Notes: generated by a model from the sequence alone, not told the origin. Shown: positions 1 to 8,775, counted from the first letter of the stretch. The stretch: 32,000 nt of DNA from an uncultured Chloroflexia bacterium (GCA_963806635.1 CAWDZA010000023.1:226876-258875), one strand, 5' to 3'. Made by a program: numbers and translations.

Positions 1-297
1 GTTGATCTTGCCTGTGCAGGTGACCACGTCCATATCCCCCTCGCTGCCGGTCTTCTTACAGGCGAGGTCCTGCAATTCGGTCTTGACCGCCTGGAAGGAA
101 TCGAGTTCCATGGCTGCCTGGGCTTCCCAGTCCTTGCAGGAGAGCGTGGAAAGCGCGTTGGTATCCTTGTTCACCAGGGCGTTCAGATAGGATTGCACCG
201 CCACGGCTGATTCATCCCCGTTTGACTTGGCTGCGCATGCGGAAAGTAAAGTAATTGAGAGAAGACTGAGGGAAAATATGACCAATAAGTGCTTCAC
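1..297 (-). CDS. Putative lipoprotein, C-terminus beyond window edge
   Basis: Minus-strand GTG-start reading VKHLLVIFSLSLLSITLLSACAAKSNGDESAVAVQSYLNALVNKD...: signal peptide plus lipobox LLSAC; open to the window edge. Confidence 0.7.
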   Translation of the reverse strand, partial: MKHLLVIFSLSLLSITLLSACAAKSNGDESAVAVQSYLNALVNKDTNALSTLSCKDWEAQAAMELDSFQAVKTELQDLACKKTGSEGDMDVVTCTGKIN

Positions 298-520
298 CGG
301 TACCTCCAATAAGCCACAACACTCGATTCTTGCGAACAAAATTATATCACCCGGAAGTTTTCGTTAAGTGAAGTGAGTGTCATCAGCAATAAATTAACAT
401 TCTGTTTTAATGTTGTCCTACATTATACAAATATCATACAACAAGCGAGAATATACAATATATGGGAGACAATTATCGTTTAATCTATACGAATAGCTGT
501 CAGAAAAAATCTTTCCTTTA

Positions 521-720
521 TGCAATATTTGCATTCAGGCGGTAATGCAGAATTTGCCTCATTGGGTAAGTGCAAAATTTGCTATTTCGCGAAGTGGAGA
601 TTTTTGCATTCAGGCGGGAAGGCAGATTTTACCCTCCGGATTCCTGCGGGCAGGATTTGCCCTCCTTAAGGATGCAGAATATGCACGTGTTAAGAGTGCA
701 GAAGTTGCACGAGATTCTAA
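521..720. repeat. Tandem direct-repeat array (iteron/centromere-like), 8 units, ~25 bp period
   Basis: Core starts at 521, 546, 571, 596, 621, 649, 673, 697. Cores: TGCAATATTTGCAT, TGCAGAATTTGCCT, TGCAAAATTTGCTA, GGAGATTTTTGCAT, GGCAGATTTTACCC, GGCAGGATTTGCCC, TGCAGAATATGCAC, TGCAGAAGTTGCAC. Confidence 0.88.
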
Positions 721-726
721 TCACTA

Positions 727-1158
727 CTAATTAACGACTTTTTCTACTGGAAGACTCCTGGATCTTTTTTTATTCCTTTTCTGATCGTCGGTATGTAAAT
801 CAGGGATTACCAGATTCCAATCATAACGCGGGCTGCGAGAAGGAGTTTTGAGCGGACCAAGATCAAGACTGCCAGCGTTGAAAGATTCCAGAAAACGAAT
901 CAAAGCCAATGTGACCAGCTGACTGGCCGGAATTGACAATCGAGTGGAAAGATCGGATATTTGATTGCGAATGTGCGGGGGCAGGTCATACGTCGCGCGC
1001 CGCTCCCGCCGGTCTGCGATCTTTTGTCGTTCCCGGGCTTTTTTCTCGCGCTCGCGCCTTGGCATCTGTGCGTCCACCTGGCGCTGCTCCATCTCCTTCA
1101 ACAATGCCGAAACTTCCGGATCTATTAAATCCCTGCGGGGAAGGTTGCTTTTAGGCAT
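727..1158 (-). CDS. Small basic protein with ribbon-helix-helix-like C-terminal segment, candidate centromere-binding partner of ParA
   Basis: N-terminal basic/charged tail, then TYDLPPHIRNQISDLSTRLSIPASQLVTLALIRFLE (RHH-like beta-helix-helix). Start overlaps the parA stop by 8 nt. Confidence 0.6.
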   Translation of the reverse strand: MPKSNLPRRDLIDPEVSALLKEMEQRQVDAQMPRREREKKARERQKIADRRERRATYDLPPHIRNQISDLSTRLSIPASQLVTLALIRFLESFNAGSLDLGPLKTPSRSPRYDWNLVIPDLHTDDQKRNKKRSRSLPVEKVVN

Positions 1159-1942
1159 CCAGCACCTCCATAAATTTGGTTAGTATCTGACGGTACCCAC
1201 CGATCCGTCTGCGGTCCTCTGGCAAGCCTTTCATGGCCAGGCAGGTGGGCGCGTATTCCCAGAGCGTCCTGCCGTACGCCGGCGCTTCGCGGACACGAGT
1301 ATCCTGCGGGATGGGCGGCCACAGGTGTCCACCAAAGGTTTGGATCAAACTCTGGAACTGCAGGTAGGTCTCGCGGGTGGTACGGTCAAAAAATGTGGGT
1401 AGAATGCAGTAACCTTCCAGGGAATGACCCCGACGCGAGAACTCACCCATACTGCGGATCACCTCCTGCAACCCATCCACAGAAAGCGAATCCATACGGG
1501 TGGGGATGACCACCCAGTTGCTGGAAAGCAACCCACTTGCATGCAGGGAATCCAGCGAGGGTGCCATATCCAGGAGGACGACATCATACCCGCCCCCTGT
1601 GATCGCCTCCAGGAACCGAACACTGCCTGAGGGGGATTTTGCAAACTCGTTCTGCACGGCCTCGGTGTGCTTATCGCCGGGAAGCACATCCAGATTCTCA
1701 CGGGCGCCAACCACAAGCGAGGGCAGATCCCTGTTTTCACAGATCAGACCGAACAGCCCCGGCGACTTTGGCAGACCCAGGGAGAGGGCCACATGTCCCT
1801 GGGAATCCATGTCCACCAACAGAACCCGCCGGCCAGCCAGCGCCAGACCGTGGGCAAGCGTAACAGCAGTGGTGGTTTTTCCAACCCCACCTTTCTGGTT
1901 TGCAAACGATACAATCTTCACAAATTCCTCATCTGACACCAC
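1151..1942 (-). CDS. parA: ParA-family partition ATPase (ParA-1)
   Basis: Deviant Walker A SFANQKGGVGKTTTAVTLAHGLA; VLLVDMDSQGH; YDVVLLDMAPSLDSL. Confidence 0.93.
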   Translation of the reverse strand: MVSDEEFVKIVSFANQKGGVGKTTTAVTLAHGLALAGRRVLLVDMDSQGHVALSLGLPKSPGLFGLICENRDLPSLVVGARENLDVLPGDKHTEAVQNEFAKSPSGSVRFLEAITGGGYDVVLLDMAPSLDSLHASGLLSSNWVVIPTRMDSLSVDGLQEVIRSMGEFSRRGHSLEGYCILPTFFDRTTRETYLQFQSLIQTFGGHLWPPIPQDTRVREAPAYGRTLWEYAPTCLAMKGLPEDRRRIGGYRQILTKFMEVLDA

Positions 1943-2158
1943 CTTAATTTTGATCGTAATTCCAAAAATAAGGGTCGCCCCTAGAAATTATAGCTGAAAA
2001 TGAAAGAAATATTCAATAAATCGCTTTGGCGACCCTGCAATACTTTCAGCGTCACCCCATAAACCCCTCATTGGCACGAATAATGCGTTATTGTAAGTAA
2101 AGGCGTGAAAATGTACGCTTCAGAGAAATAATTCCAGGATATTTGAAAAAAGATGGGA

Positions 2159-2180
2159 AAGTGTAACCGCGGTTACACTT
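2159..2180. promoter_or_regulatory. 22-bp perfect palindrome AAGTGTAACCGCGGTTACACTT, candidate partition/regulatory protein site
   Basis: Exact self-complementary 22-mer abutting the parB stop codon; its inner 14 bp recurs at 6569-6582. Confidence 0.6.
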
Positions 2181-3325
2181 CAGGATTTTTTAATCCGGGC
2201 TTTGATCAGGCGGGAAAGCTCATCCAGGCGCGTGAGGGTTTCCTGTGCCTGGCCGAGAAAAACGACCTCATCAGCCAACAGGTCAAGAGCCTGGGATTGA
2301 TCCACGGGGTCAAGCCGATTTATTGAACGGATGAATTTCAGCAGGCTGCGGCTGGCCTCGCGCCCGGGATCGCGGGGAGAGGCGGGCGGTTTGCCGGTGG
2401 ATGGAACTGGCTGTTCAGGCGAACCGGAAACCACAGAGATCTCATCGGAGGTAAGCTGGCTCTGAATGCTCACCTGGATCAGGCGCTCCCATTGACGCTC
2501 CGGGGCGGAAAGGATCTCGCGCAGAACGCGCTCCGAAAGACGGTACCGGTCGGTGAGATCAAGCAGGGGGCTGGGAAGCTGCAGAATATTCAGAAGCTGC
2601 ACCATACGCGGGCGGGTGAGCTGCATGACCGGGGTGATCTTCTCCCACAATCCGGTGGGCATGCGCTGGGAGCGCACCCTGCGGAAATATTCGTATTCGT
2701 CCTGGACGGTTTCCTCGGCGGGCATTCCCATCTCGGAAAGGATCAGCGCGGAGATCTCGCAGGCCTGCTCGACTGCCGAAGGCGGCTCGGCGTGGCGGTT
2801 TTCCAGCACCTGACGCTGGCGGGTGGGATTATCCACCACCTCAACCCGCAGAAGGGGCTCCGCGGCGGAGTGGTTCTTTACTCTTTTTAAACAGGCCGCC
2901 CAGAAGCGTCTTTCACCGGTCTCGATCTGGAAAATATAGTTCCCGTTCGGACCTTCCTTCCAGGCGCCGGTGATCGGTTTGATCTGCCCATGCTCATCGA
3001 AGGATTCGCCCATGGCAACCAGGCGTTCGACCTCGGCTTTGATCGCCGGGTCGCTGCGCGCCATATCCAGCCAGGCAGCGGCCGCCCGGTAACAGTCAAT
3101 TTTTCCTGAAAAGAAGTCCACGCGGAGGGAGGGTGGTAAAAGGCGGCGGGGTTGAAAGCGATCGGGCAGCATTTGGCTGGGAGCCAGGCGCTCGATACGC
3201 TCAACAGCAGCGATGGGGCTAAGCGCAGGGGCCAGCGGCGCTGTACCAGTGCCGGGAATGGGACTCGCGGCCTCCTGAGAGAGATCGTCGAAGGCGTTGA
3301 AACGCTTCTTATTCTGGGGGGACAT
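2180..3325 (-). CDS. parB: ParB-family protein (ParB/Srx nuclease-like domain)
   Basis: Contains QIETGERRFWAACLKRV (ParB GERR motif) and a central helical/HTH-like region; follows parA with a 26-nt gap. Confidence 0.85.
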   Translation of the reverse strand: MSPQNKKRFNAFDDLSQEAASPIPGTGTAPLAPALSPIAAVERIERLAPSQMLPDRFQPRRLLPPSLRVDFFSGKIDCYRAAAAWLDMARSDPAIKAEVERLVAMGESFDEHGQIKPITGAWKEGPNGNYIFQIETGERRFWAACLKRVKNHSAAEPLLRVEVVDNPTRQRQVLENRHAEPPSAVEQACEISALILSEMGMPAEETVQDEYEYFRRVRSQRMPTGLWEKITPVMQLTRPRMVQLLNILQLPSPLLDLTDRYRLSERVLREILSAPERQWERLIQVSIQSQLTSDEISVVSGSPEQPVPSTGKPPASPRDPGREASRSLLKFIRSINRLDPVDQSQALDLLADEVVFLGQAQETLTRLDELSRLIKARIKKS

Positions 3326-3351
3326 GCCTGGCTCCTTTCCGGTCGGGGGAG

Positions 3352-4194
3352 TTAAACCCCACTGCCGGTCCTTTCCAACACGGTGTCCACCAATGCGGCA
3401 TACTCCTGGGTGGCGCGCGAACTGGACCAGATCTGCTCCGGGCTTTTGTGCCGGGGTGGACGGAAGCTGAAAACATCCATGTGGCTGGAGTGAGCGTAGG
3501 CGAGATCGGATGCTTTATGGATGGGTGCCAGAACCTGACCCGGAAAGCGGGTACGCAGCTCAGCCAGGATTTCCTGGGCTTCCGAGCGCTGTTCCTCGCA
3601 AAGCGTGGGCAGGTAACCAAATGTCTTTAGGTCGGGTCGGAAATGAACACGAACCTGGTCGATGGTACGCTGCAGCTCCATCAGCCCGGAGACACCCAGG
3701 TAGCTGGTCTCCACAGGGATGAGGACAAGATCTGCCGCCACCAGAGCATTCACCAGCAGGTGCCCGGTGGTGGGCGGCGTATCAATGATGATATAGGCAA
3801 ACTCTTTTGCAGCCGGGGCGAGCGCGCGGGAGAGGCGGGTTTCATTCGCCATCAGGGTGGGCAACAGGTGAGCCGCCTCCACCATCGCCGGGTGCGAGCT
3901 GGGGATCACATACAAATTGGGGTGGTACTGGCTGCGCTGAGTCATTCGCAGCGCGGAGGGAGGCGGGCTTTCCAACAACAGGCTGGAAAGATTGCCGCCG
4001 CCCGGGGTGGGTTTTATACCGAAGGCCGTGGCCAGCAGCGCATGTCCCTGAGGGTCCATATCCACCAGCAGCACCTTGCCAGCCGCCCCCGACCTCCCGG
4101 AAAGTTTCAGGGATAACCCGGCAGCAAGATTCACGGCGGTGGTGGTTTTTCCCACCCCGCCTTTTTCGTTGGCGATCGTGATCGTTACTGCCAT
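3352..4194 (-). CDS. parA: ParA-family partition ATPase (ParA-2)
   Basis: MAVTITIANEKGGVGKTTTAVNLAAGLS; VLLVDMDPQGHALLATAFG; YIIIDTPPTTGHLLVNAL. Confidence 0.94.
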   Translation of the reverse strand: MAVTITIANEKGGVGKTTTAVNLAAGLSLKLSGRSGAAGKVLLVDMDPQGHALLATAFGIKPTPGGGNLSSLLLESPPPSALRMTQRSQYHPNLYVIPSSHPAMVEAAHLLPTLMANETRLSRALAPAAKEFAYIIIDTPPTTGHLLVNALVAADLVLIPVETSYLGVSGLMELQRTIDQVRVHFRPDLKTFGYLPTLCEEQRSEAQEILAELRTRFPGQVLAPIHKASDLAYAHSSHMDVFSFRPPRHKSPEQIWSSSRATQEYAALVDTVLERTGSGV

Positions 4195-4300
4195 GAGCCC
4201 TCTATATGCCTGCAGTTAAGGAAAATATACACAACTTGAATAATCATACATAAATTTCACCCCTTAGTCAATATTAGCATAACTGGGCCAAATTCAGGAA

Positions 4301-4376
4301 TAATTGCCGTAAATTTTAGAGAATATGCAATAATTACCGTAAATCCCTTGAAATTAACCGGAATTCGTGCAATAAT
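4301..4376. repeat. Direct repeats TAATTRCCGTAAAT (30 bp apart) in the divergent parA-2/AAA+ intergenic region
   Basis: TAATTGCCGTAAAT at 4301-4314 and TAATTACCGTAAAT at 4331-4344; GCAATAAT also at 4328-4335 and 4369-4376. Confidence 0.6.
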
Positions 4377-4403
4377 AGTTCAAATGTATCAGGAGGAATA
4401 GCA

Positions 4404-5228
4404 ATGTTATCTTCCATGGGCGATGAGGATTGGCGATATGCGCGTCTTGAGCGGTTGGGTTTGAAGGAAGACCCTTTCAAACTTTCGGCGGATCCGCGCT
4501 ACCTTTATCTTGGTCCGGAGCACCTCGCAGTCTACCGGCAGGCTCAGGGCGTGATCTCACGCCGGCGCGGCCTGGCGCTGATCACCGGGGATATGGGCAT
4601 GGGCAAGAGTTCGCTTGCCCGGCGTCTTTATGACGTCTATAACCCTGATGAAAACGTTAAGGTTTATTACAACCACACCGCGGCATTTAAATCGGCGATG
4701 GATGCCGCCACCCAGATATCCCAGGCGCTCGGTATCCCCCCTCAGCGCAGCTTCCAGCGCCAGATGGAAAGCCTGGAGCAAAAAATGGCCTCGGCTTACA
4801 CCGCCAAGCAAAACGTGATCATTTTACTGGACGATGCCCAGATGATGAAGCCCGAAGCCCTGGAAGTGATCCACCGGATCTACAACTTTGATTATGACGT
4901 CAAGGTTGTGCAGATCCTGGCATTCGGACAGAGCGAAATGTCGAACCTGTTCGAGACCAACAAGGCGGTGAACGCGCGCGTTTTTGTGCGCCTGGTGCTG
5001 CCACCCCTCACCCTTTCCAGCGCGTTGCAGATGGTGATGTTCCGGTTGAACGTAGCCGGGCGTAATGAGAGCATGATCGACGACGATGCCTTTGAGCTGC
5101 TCTACGAGAAGTCTCAGGGGGTTCCGCGCGAGATCACCAAATTCTGCGCCTATGCCACCGACCTCCTTCTGCAAAGCGACGCCACCACCATTGACCGAAA
5201 CATAGTTCGGGAGGCGATCAGCGCATGA
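4404..5228 (+). CDS. ExeA/GspA/TniB-like AAA+ ATPase
   Basis: LKEDPFKLSADPRYLYLGPEHLAVYRQAQGVISRRRGLALITGDMGMGKSSLARRL (Walker A), VIILLDDAQMM (Walker B); AGGAGG ribosome-binding site. Confidence 0.85.
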   Translation: MLSSMGDEDWRYARLERLGLKEDPFKLSADPRYLYLGPEHLAVYRQAQGVISRRRGLALITGDMGMGKSSLARRLYDVYNPDENVKVYYNHTAAFKSAMDAATQISQALGIPPQRSFQRQMESLEQKMASAYTAKQNVIILLDDAQMMKPEALEVIHRIYNFDYDVKVVQILAFGQSEMSNLFETNKAVNARVFVRLVLPPLTLSSALQMVMFRLNVAGRNESMIDDDAFELLYEKSQGVPREITKFCAYATDLLLQSDATTIDRNIVREAISA

Positions 5229-5551
5229 CCACCCCAACCCCCCCCAGAGCCGCCTGGGTTCAGCTCTATGAAGCCAGGCGGGTTACAAGCGAGCCTGTTA
5301 CCCGTACCGCCGGGCGACCACCGGCATCCGTTCCCCGCCGCAAAGTGGGACTTACCCTCTCCCAGGGAGAGATCACCGAAATTGACGAATGGCAGCAGCG
5401 CTTTGCCGTCCTGCTGAAGCGCAAAGTCTCCGATGGCGAGACCGTTGGCATCCTGGTGCGCATCTGTACCGCCCGACTGAACCGCGTGGGCGAAGCAGAA
5501 AGCACCGGCGGTCTGTCAGCTTTTGTTGAAAAACTGATCGAGGCCGAGTAA
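5225..5551 (+). CDS. Small hypothetical protein, possibly RHH/DNA-binding, translationally coupled to the AAA+ ATPase
   Basis: ATGA overlap with upstream stop; RKVGLTLSQGEITEIDEWQQRFAVLLKRKVSDGETVGILVRICTARL is compatible with a short DNA-binding fold. Confidence 0.55.
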   Translation: MTTPTPPRAAWVQLYEARRVTSEPVTRTAGRPPASVPRRKVGLTLSQGEITEIDEWQQRFAVLLKRKVSDGETVGILVRICTARLNRVGEAESTGGLSAFVEKLIEAE

Positions 5552-5594
5552 TTGTTTCTTCCATAAAACACCCACATTAACGGAAGAAACAATT
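5550..5594. repeat. 13-bp perfect inverted repeat AATTGTTTCTTCC / GGAAGAAACAATT with 19-nt loop
   Basis: Arms 5550-5562 and 5582-5594, starting within the stop codon of the preceding ORF. Confidence 0.75.
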
Positions 5595-5704
5595 GAAAAT
5601 AAAAACCTTAACAAATCTTAAGATGGACGCCAGGTAGTAAAGGGGAGTAATCCCATCAAGAAAGAGCAAGCAGAAAAAGGATTTTAAGGCGAGAGAAACC
5701 AGTC

Positions 5705-6572
5705 ATGACCGATGCCGGCCGGCCAACCCAAACACACCCGAATCAGCGCGACGCCTGGCAGATCGTGCTTGGTCAGCTTCAGGCAGAGATGGCTCGCACC
5801 ATGTTCGAGACCTGGGTACAGCCCCTGCGTGTGGTCAATTTCCAGGATGGCGTTTTTACCCTGGGGGCGTTCAATCCCTTTGCCCGCGACTGGGTGCTCA
5901 ATCGGCTTAAAAAGCCGAATCACCCAACTTCTAGGCGCGGTCTATGCGGAGCCGGTGGAACTGCAGGTGGTGGTGATAAATGAGTTCTATCGCCCAGAGC
6001 AGACCCTGAGCTCAAGTACCCCGCCGACGAAAAACAAAGAAGGCGCAGAAAACCGGGTGGAAGTTTCGGAACCTGAGGAAAAGATCCAGATTCCGAACAA
6101 CCGCAAGATGATGCTGCAACGGGCATATGGGTCCCGGCGCGCCAAACTCATCGAACCGGAACGCGGCATGTTCGTAACGCTTTACTCCTTTTATAGCTGG
6201 CTGCCCCTGCTCGGTCATTCAGCTTATGCCACCATTCTGGCCGCCCGCTCACTTTGTTACTGGAACCCGATGACCGGTGAGCTGCGCAACGTGATCGAAA
6301 CCGATATGGCCGAGCTGGCCAGCCGCGCCGCGGTGAGCGTCCGCACGGTCAAAGATGTTCTTTCAAACGACCTGGTGCGGCTATACTTTCTGCGCTACAG
6401 AGTGCGCCGGATCATCACCCCCAACGGAGTACGAACCGCGGGCATTTCCTTGCAGGTACGCATGGACGATCCGCTCACCCCCCAGGACCAGGAGCTGAGC
6501 GGGTTGACCGAAACCGAACCCTGGTGTTCCCCCGATTTTGAGACGGACGAGGAACTGGACCGCGATCTGTAA
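5705..6572 (+). CDS. DnaA domain I-like plus winged-helix replication-initiator-like protein, interrupted by an apparent frameshift near 5917-5925
   Basis: Frame 1: WQIVLGQLQAEMARTMFETWVQPLRVVNFQDGVFTLGAFNPFARDWVLNRLKK (DnaA N-terminal-like). It continues in frame +1 as RITQLLGAVYAEPVELQVVVINEFYRPEQ...ELASRAAVSVRTVKDVLSNDLVRLYFLRY (HTH). The junction lies at AAAAA. Confidence 0.6.
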
Positions 6573-6582
6573 CCGCGGTTAC
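6569..6582. promoter_or_regulatory. 14-bp palindrome GTAACCGCGGTTAC overlapping the initiator stop codon
   Basis: Exact copy of the inner 14 bp of the palindrome at 2159-2180. Confidence 0.6.
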
Positions 6583-6779
6583 GGATTTCCGGCAGGGCAG
6601 GATGTTTTCTTCTTCAATTATATTAATGCGCATAGGTATATTGTCTTTTCTGTGTCTATTCAGTTAATACGTTTCGTGCTTTGACGACGGTTTCACGAAT
6701 GAACAGAGGATCCACTCTTGGTTTAGGGTTTTAGAAAGAGAGTTTTCGTACGGAATAATTTTGCAGGAAACGGGAGGGT

Positions 6780-7679
6780 TTATGGGTGGGAAGTACCGGA
6801 GATATGCACCTTAATTGAAAGAGTCTGCTCAGGGCGGGGGGAGTAAATGGCCAGGGAGTACCAGATGGTTCGTGCGATACTCTTGAAATCCGCATCACCG
6901 GCCACGCGCACGGTCATGCGGTAATCGCCAAGGTGGGGTATGTACTTCCAGCCCAGCTCCACCAGGTGCACCTCCTGGGAGTGATCGAGGGCATGCAGGG
7001 GAGGGATGTTATCGTTGGCCACCGCTTCCAGGGTCATTCCATATTGTGCCTGGTTGCCCGCGCGGCCAATCTCCTCAACCGTGGCCTGGATAAAATAATT
7101 CTTTTCCTCGTCCACGATGAAGACGACATAGTTGTCCGAAATGATCTTACCCTCCTGCAAGATCGTGCGCAGTGCGTTTTCAATGGCAGGCAGGGCTTCC
7201 TTCATGGGGCCGGCAGAAGCCCTTGACCACTGCTCGGGTACCAGCAGGGATCCGGTGGGGGTGCGCCCTTTCACTTCTTCATATCGCACCCAGGCGCTGG
7301 TTGCAGGATCAAGGATCTTGCGGAAGCGCGCCTTGAGCAAAGGTAAAATTTCATCGGTCGACGACTTGACCTCGAAGAAGCCGCCTTCGGCGCTGATCAC
7401 CATCCAGGGGGAGCGTTCGCCGATCTTATAGGCGTTGAATGAACCCGCCGATGTCTGGTGGATCCCGCTGGCCAGCCGGATGAGCGCGCCGGTATCCAAC
7501 AGAGCCCGATACTCGCAGAACAGGTGAAGCGCCATGGAGTTATCCCCCAGGCATTCCACCTCCACGCACTGCCAGAGCGAATCGCCCGCGCGGGCAGCCA
7601 CAGCCTGGAGGATATCGCCGACATCGAAATCCAGCGCCTGACCATCGGGTGTATCGTCGTGGAGGGTGACAGTGATCAT
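6780..7679 (-). CDS. Hypothetical protein, 299 aa
   Basis: Long intact ORF; no family recognised with confidence. Confidence 0.6.
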   Translation of the reverse strand: MITVTLHDDTPDGQALDFDVGDILQAVAARAGDSLWQCVEVECLGDNSMALHLFCEYRALLDTGALIRLASGIHQTSAGSFNAYKIGERSPWMVISAEGGFFEVKSSTDEILPLLKARFRKILDPATSAWVRYEEVKGRTPTGSLLVPEQWSRASAGPMKEALPAIENALRTILQEGKIISDNYVVFIVDEEKNYFIQATVEEIGRAGNQAQYGMTLEAVANDNIPPLHALDHSQEVHLVELGWKYIPHLGDYRMTVRVAGDADFKSIARTIWYSLAIYSPRPEQTLSIKVHISGTSHP

Positions 7680-7781
7680 AAATTTGCGCCAAGTGTATCT
7701 GGTGCAGATATTTTATATCAAATCCCGCACCCCAAAACAAGATGCCAGTTATCGCGAAGAAATGAGCTGACGATTTTGAAT

Positions 7782-8617
7782 TTAATTCCCCGGAGGAATG
7801 ACCGGGTCATAACCCATCCCGGCCAGCAAATCGGCCATGTGCTGCGCCCCGATCTCGGACGGATGTTCGCCATCCTCCAGGATGAAACCCTTCAGGCGCG
7901 GATCCTCGTCGTGGTTGATCCCATTCATCGTATCCAGACGGCTCAGGAACGGGAATATTGTAAGGCTCGGCGGCCAGGCGGGTGGCAGTCGGATATGTTC
8001 TCCCAGCATTTGGTGCATTCATCAAAAACACCGTTCTCTTTCCAGGGCTGGACGAGCGGGTTGTAGAGATCGACCGCGCGGAGAATGGTGGGCTGCCCCC
8101 CGCGTAGTTTGATGATCTCCTCCCAGATCCCACTCAGATCAGCGGTCCACTCTTGAAAATCCTCGGGCCCGCAGTTCACCGGAGGGCGGGAATCAAAGCA
8201 TTTATCCATATCCAGCGGATGATCAAAATTAATCGAGTCCCGGGGATTTAAAAACACCACAACCATTTCAGCGTCTTTTAAAATGGCGGGAAGTTTTTCC
8301 AGATTCATTCTGGGGGATGTTCCTGTCCGCAATGCGTCCAAGACTTCGCCTGCCGTCAACGACCCGATCGCGTAATCCACATATTCGACTTTTACGCCCG
8401 TGTCTCGTTCGATTCGCTCTGCAAGAGGTTCTCCCACCCCCCAAAGACTGGAATCGCTGATGATAACCAATTGCCAGACCGCACCGGGTCCGCGGGGGAG
8501 TTGCGCGGGCTGCGGCGAAGGTGTGGGAGGGGGGAGGGGAGTGGCAGGTGAAGCACAAGCGCCGAGGAAAATTACCGAAAAGATCGCGAAGACCGAAACC
8601 GAATTTTTTAGGCTCAT
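7782..8617 (-). pseudogene. SGNH/GDSL-hydrolase-like lipoprotein, frameshifted in the C-terminal third
   Basis: MSLKNSVSVFAIFSVIFLGACA lipobox; LVIISDSSLWG near the N-terminus; C-terminal INHDEDPRLKGFILEDGEHPSEIGAQHMADLLAGMGYDP lies in a different frame, with TRLAAEPYNIPV in a third. Confidence 0.6.
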
Positions 8618-8775
8618 TCTGCCTCCTTGTCCCAGACCGGTAGGAAACAAAAAGCGGTGGCGACCCCAATAATTTTGTACCACCCCGGCGGAAGATTTAC
8701 AATCCTTTAATCTTTTGGGTCTAAATCTATTAGGGTGGTAGAATGCCGTTGAAAATCAAGTGTATGGAGAAAACG

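Noticed and set aside
521-720. CRISPR array
   Set aside because: Core is only ~14 bp with a ~25 bp period and short related linkers; no cas genes nearby. Iteron/centromere repeats fit better.
4404-5228. Tn7/Mu-like transposition ATPase (TniB) marking a transposon
   Set aside because: No integrase or transposase gene or terminal repeats found nearby; context is partition/replication.
6688-6698. Canonical parS (TGTTTCACGTGAAACA)
   Set aside because: Only a half-site-like GGTTTCACGAA is present; no full 16-mer seen in the window.
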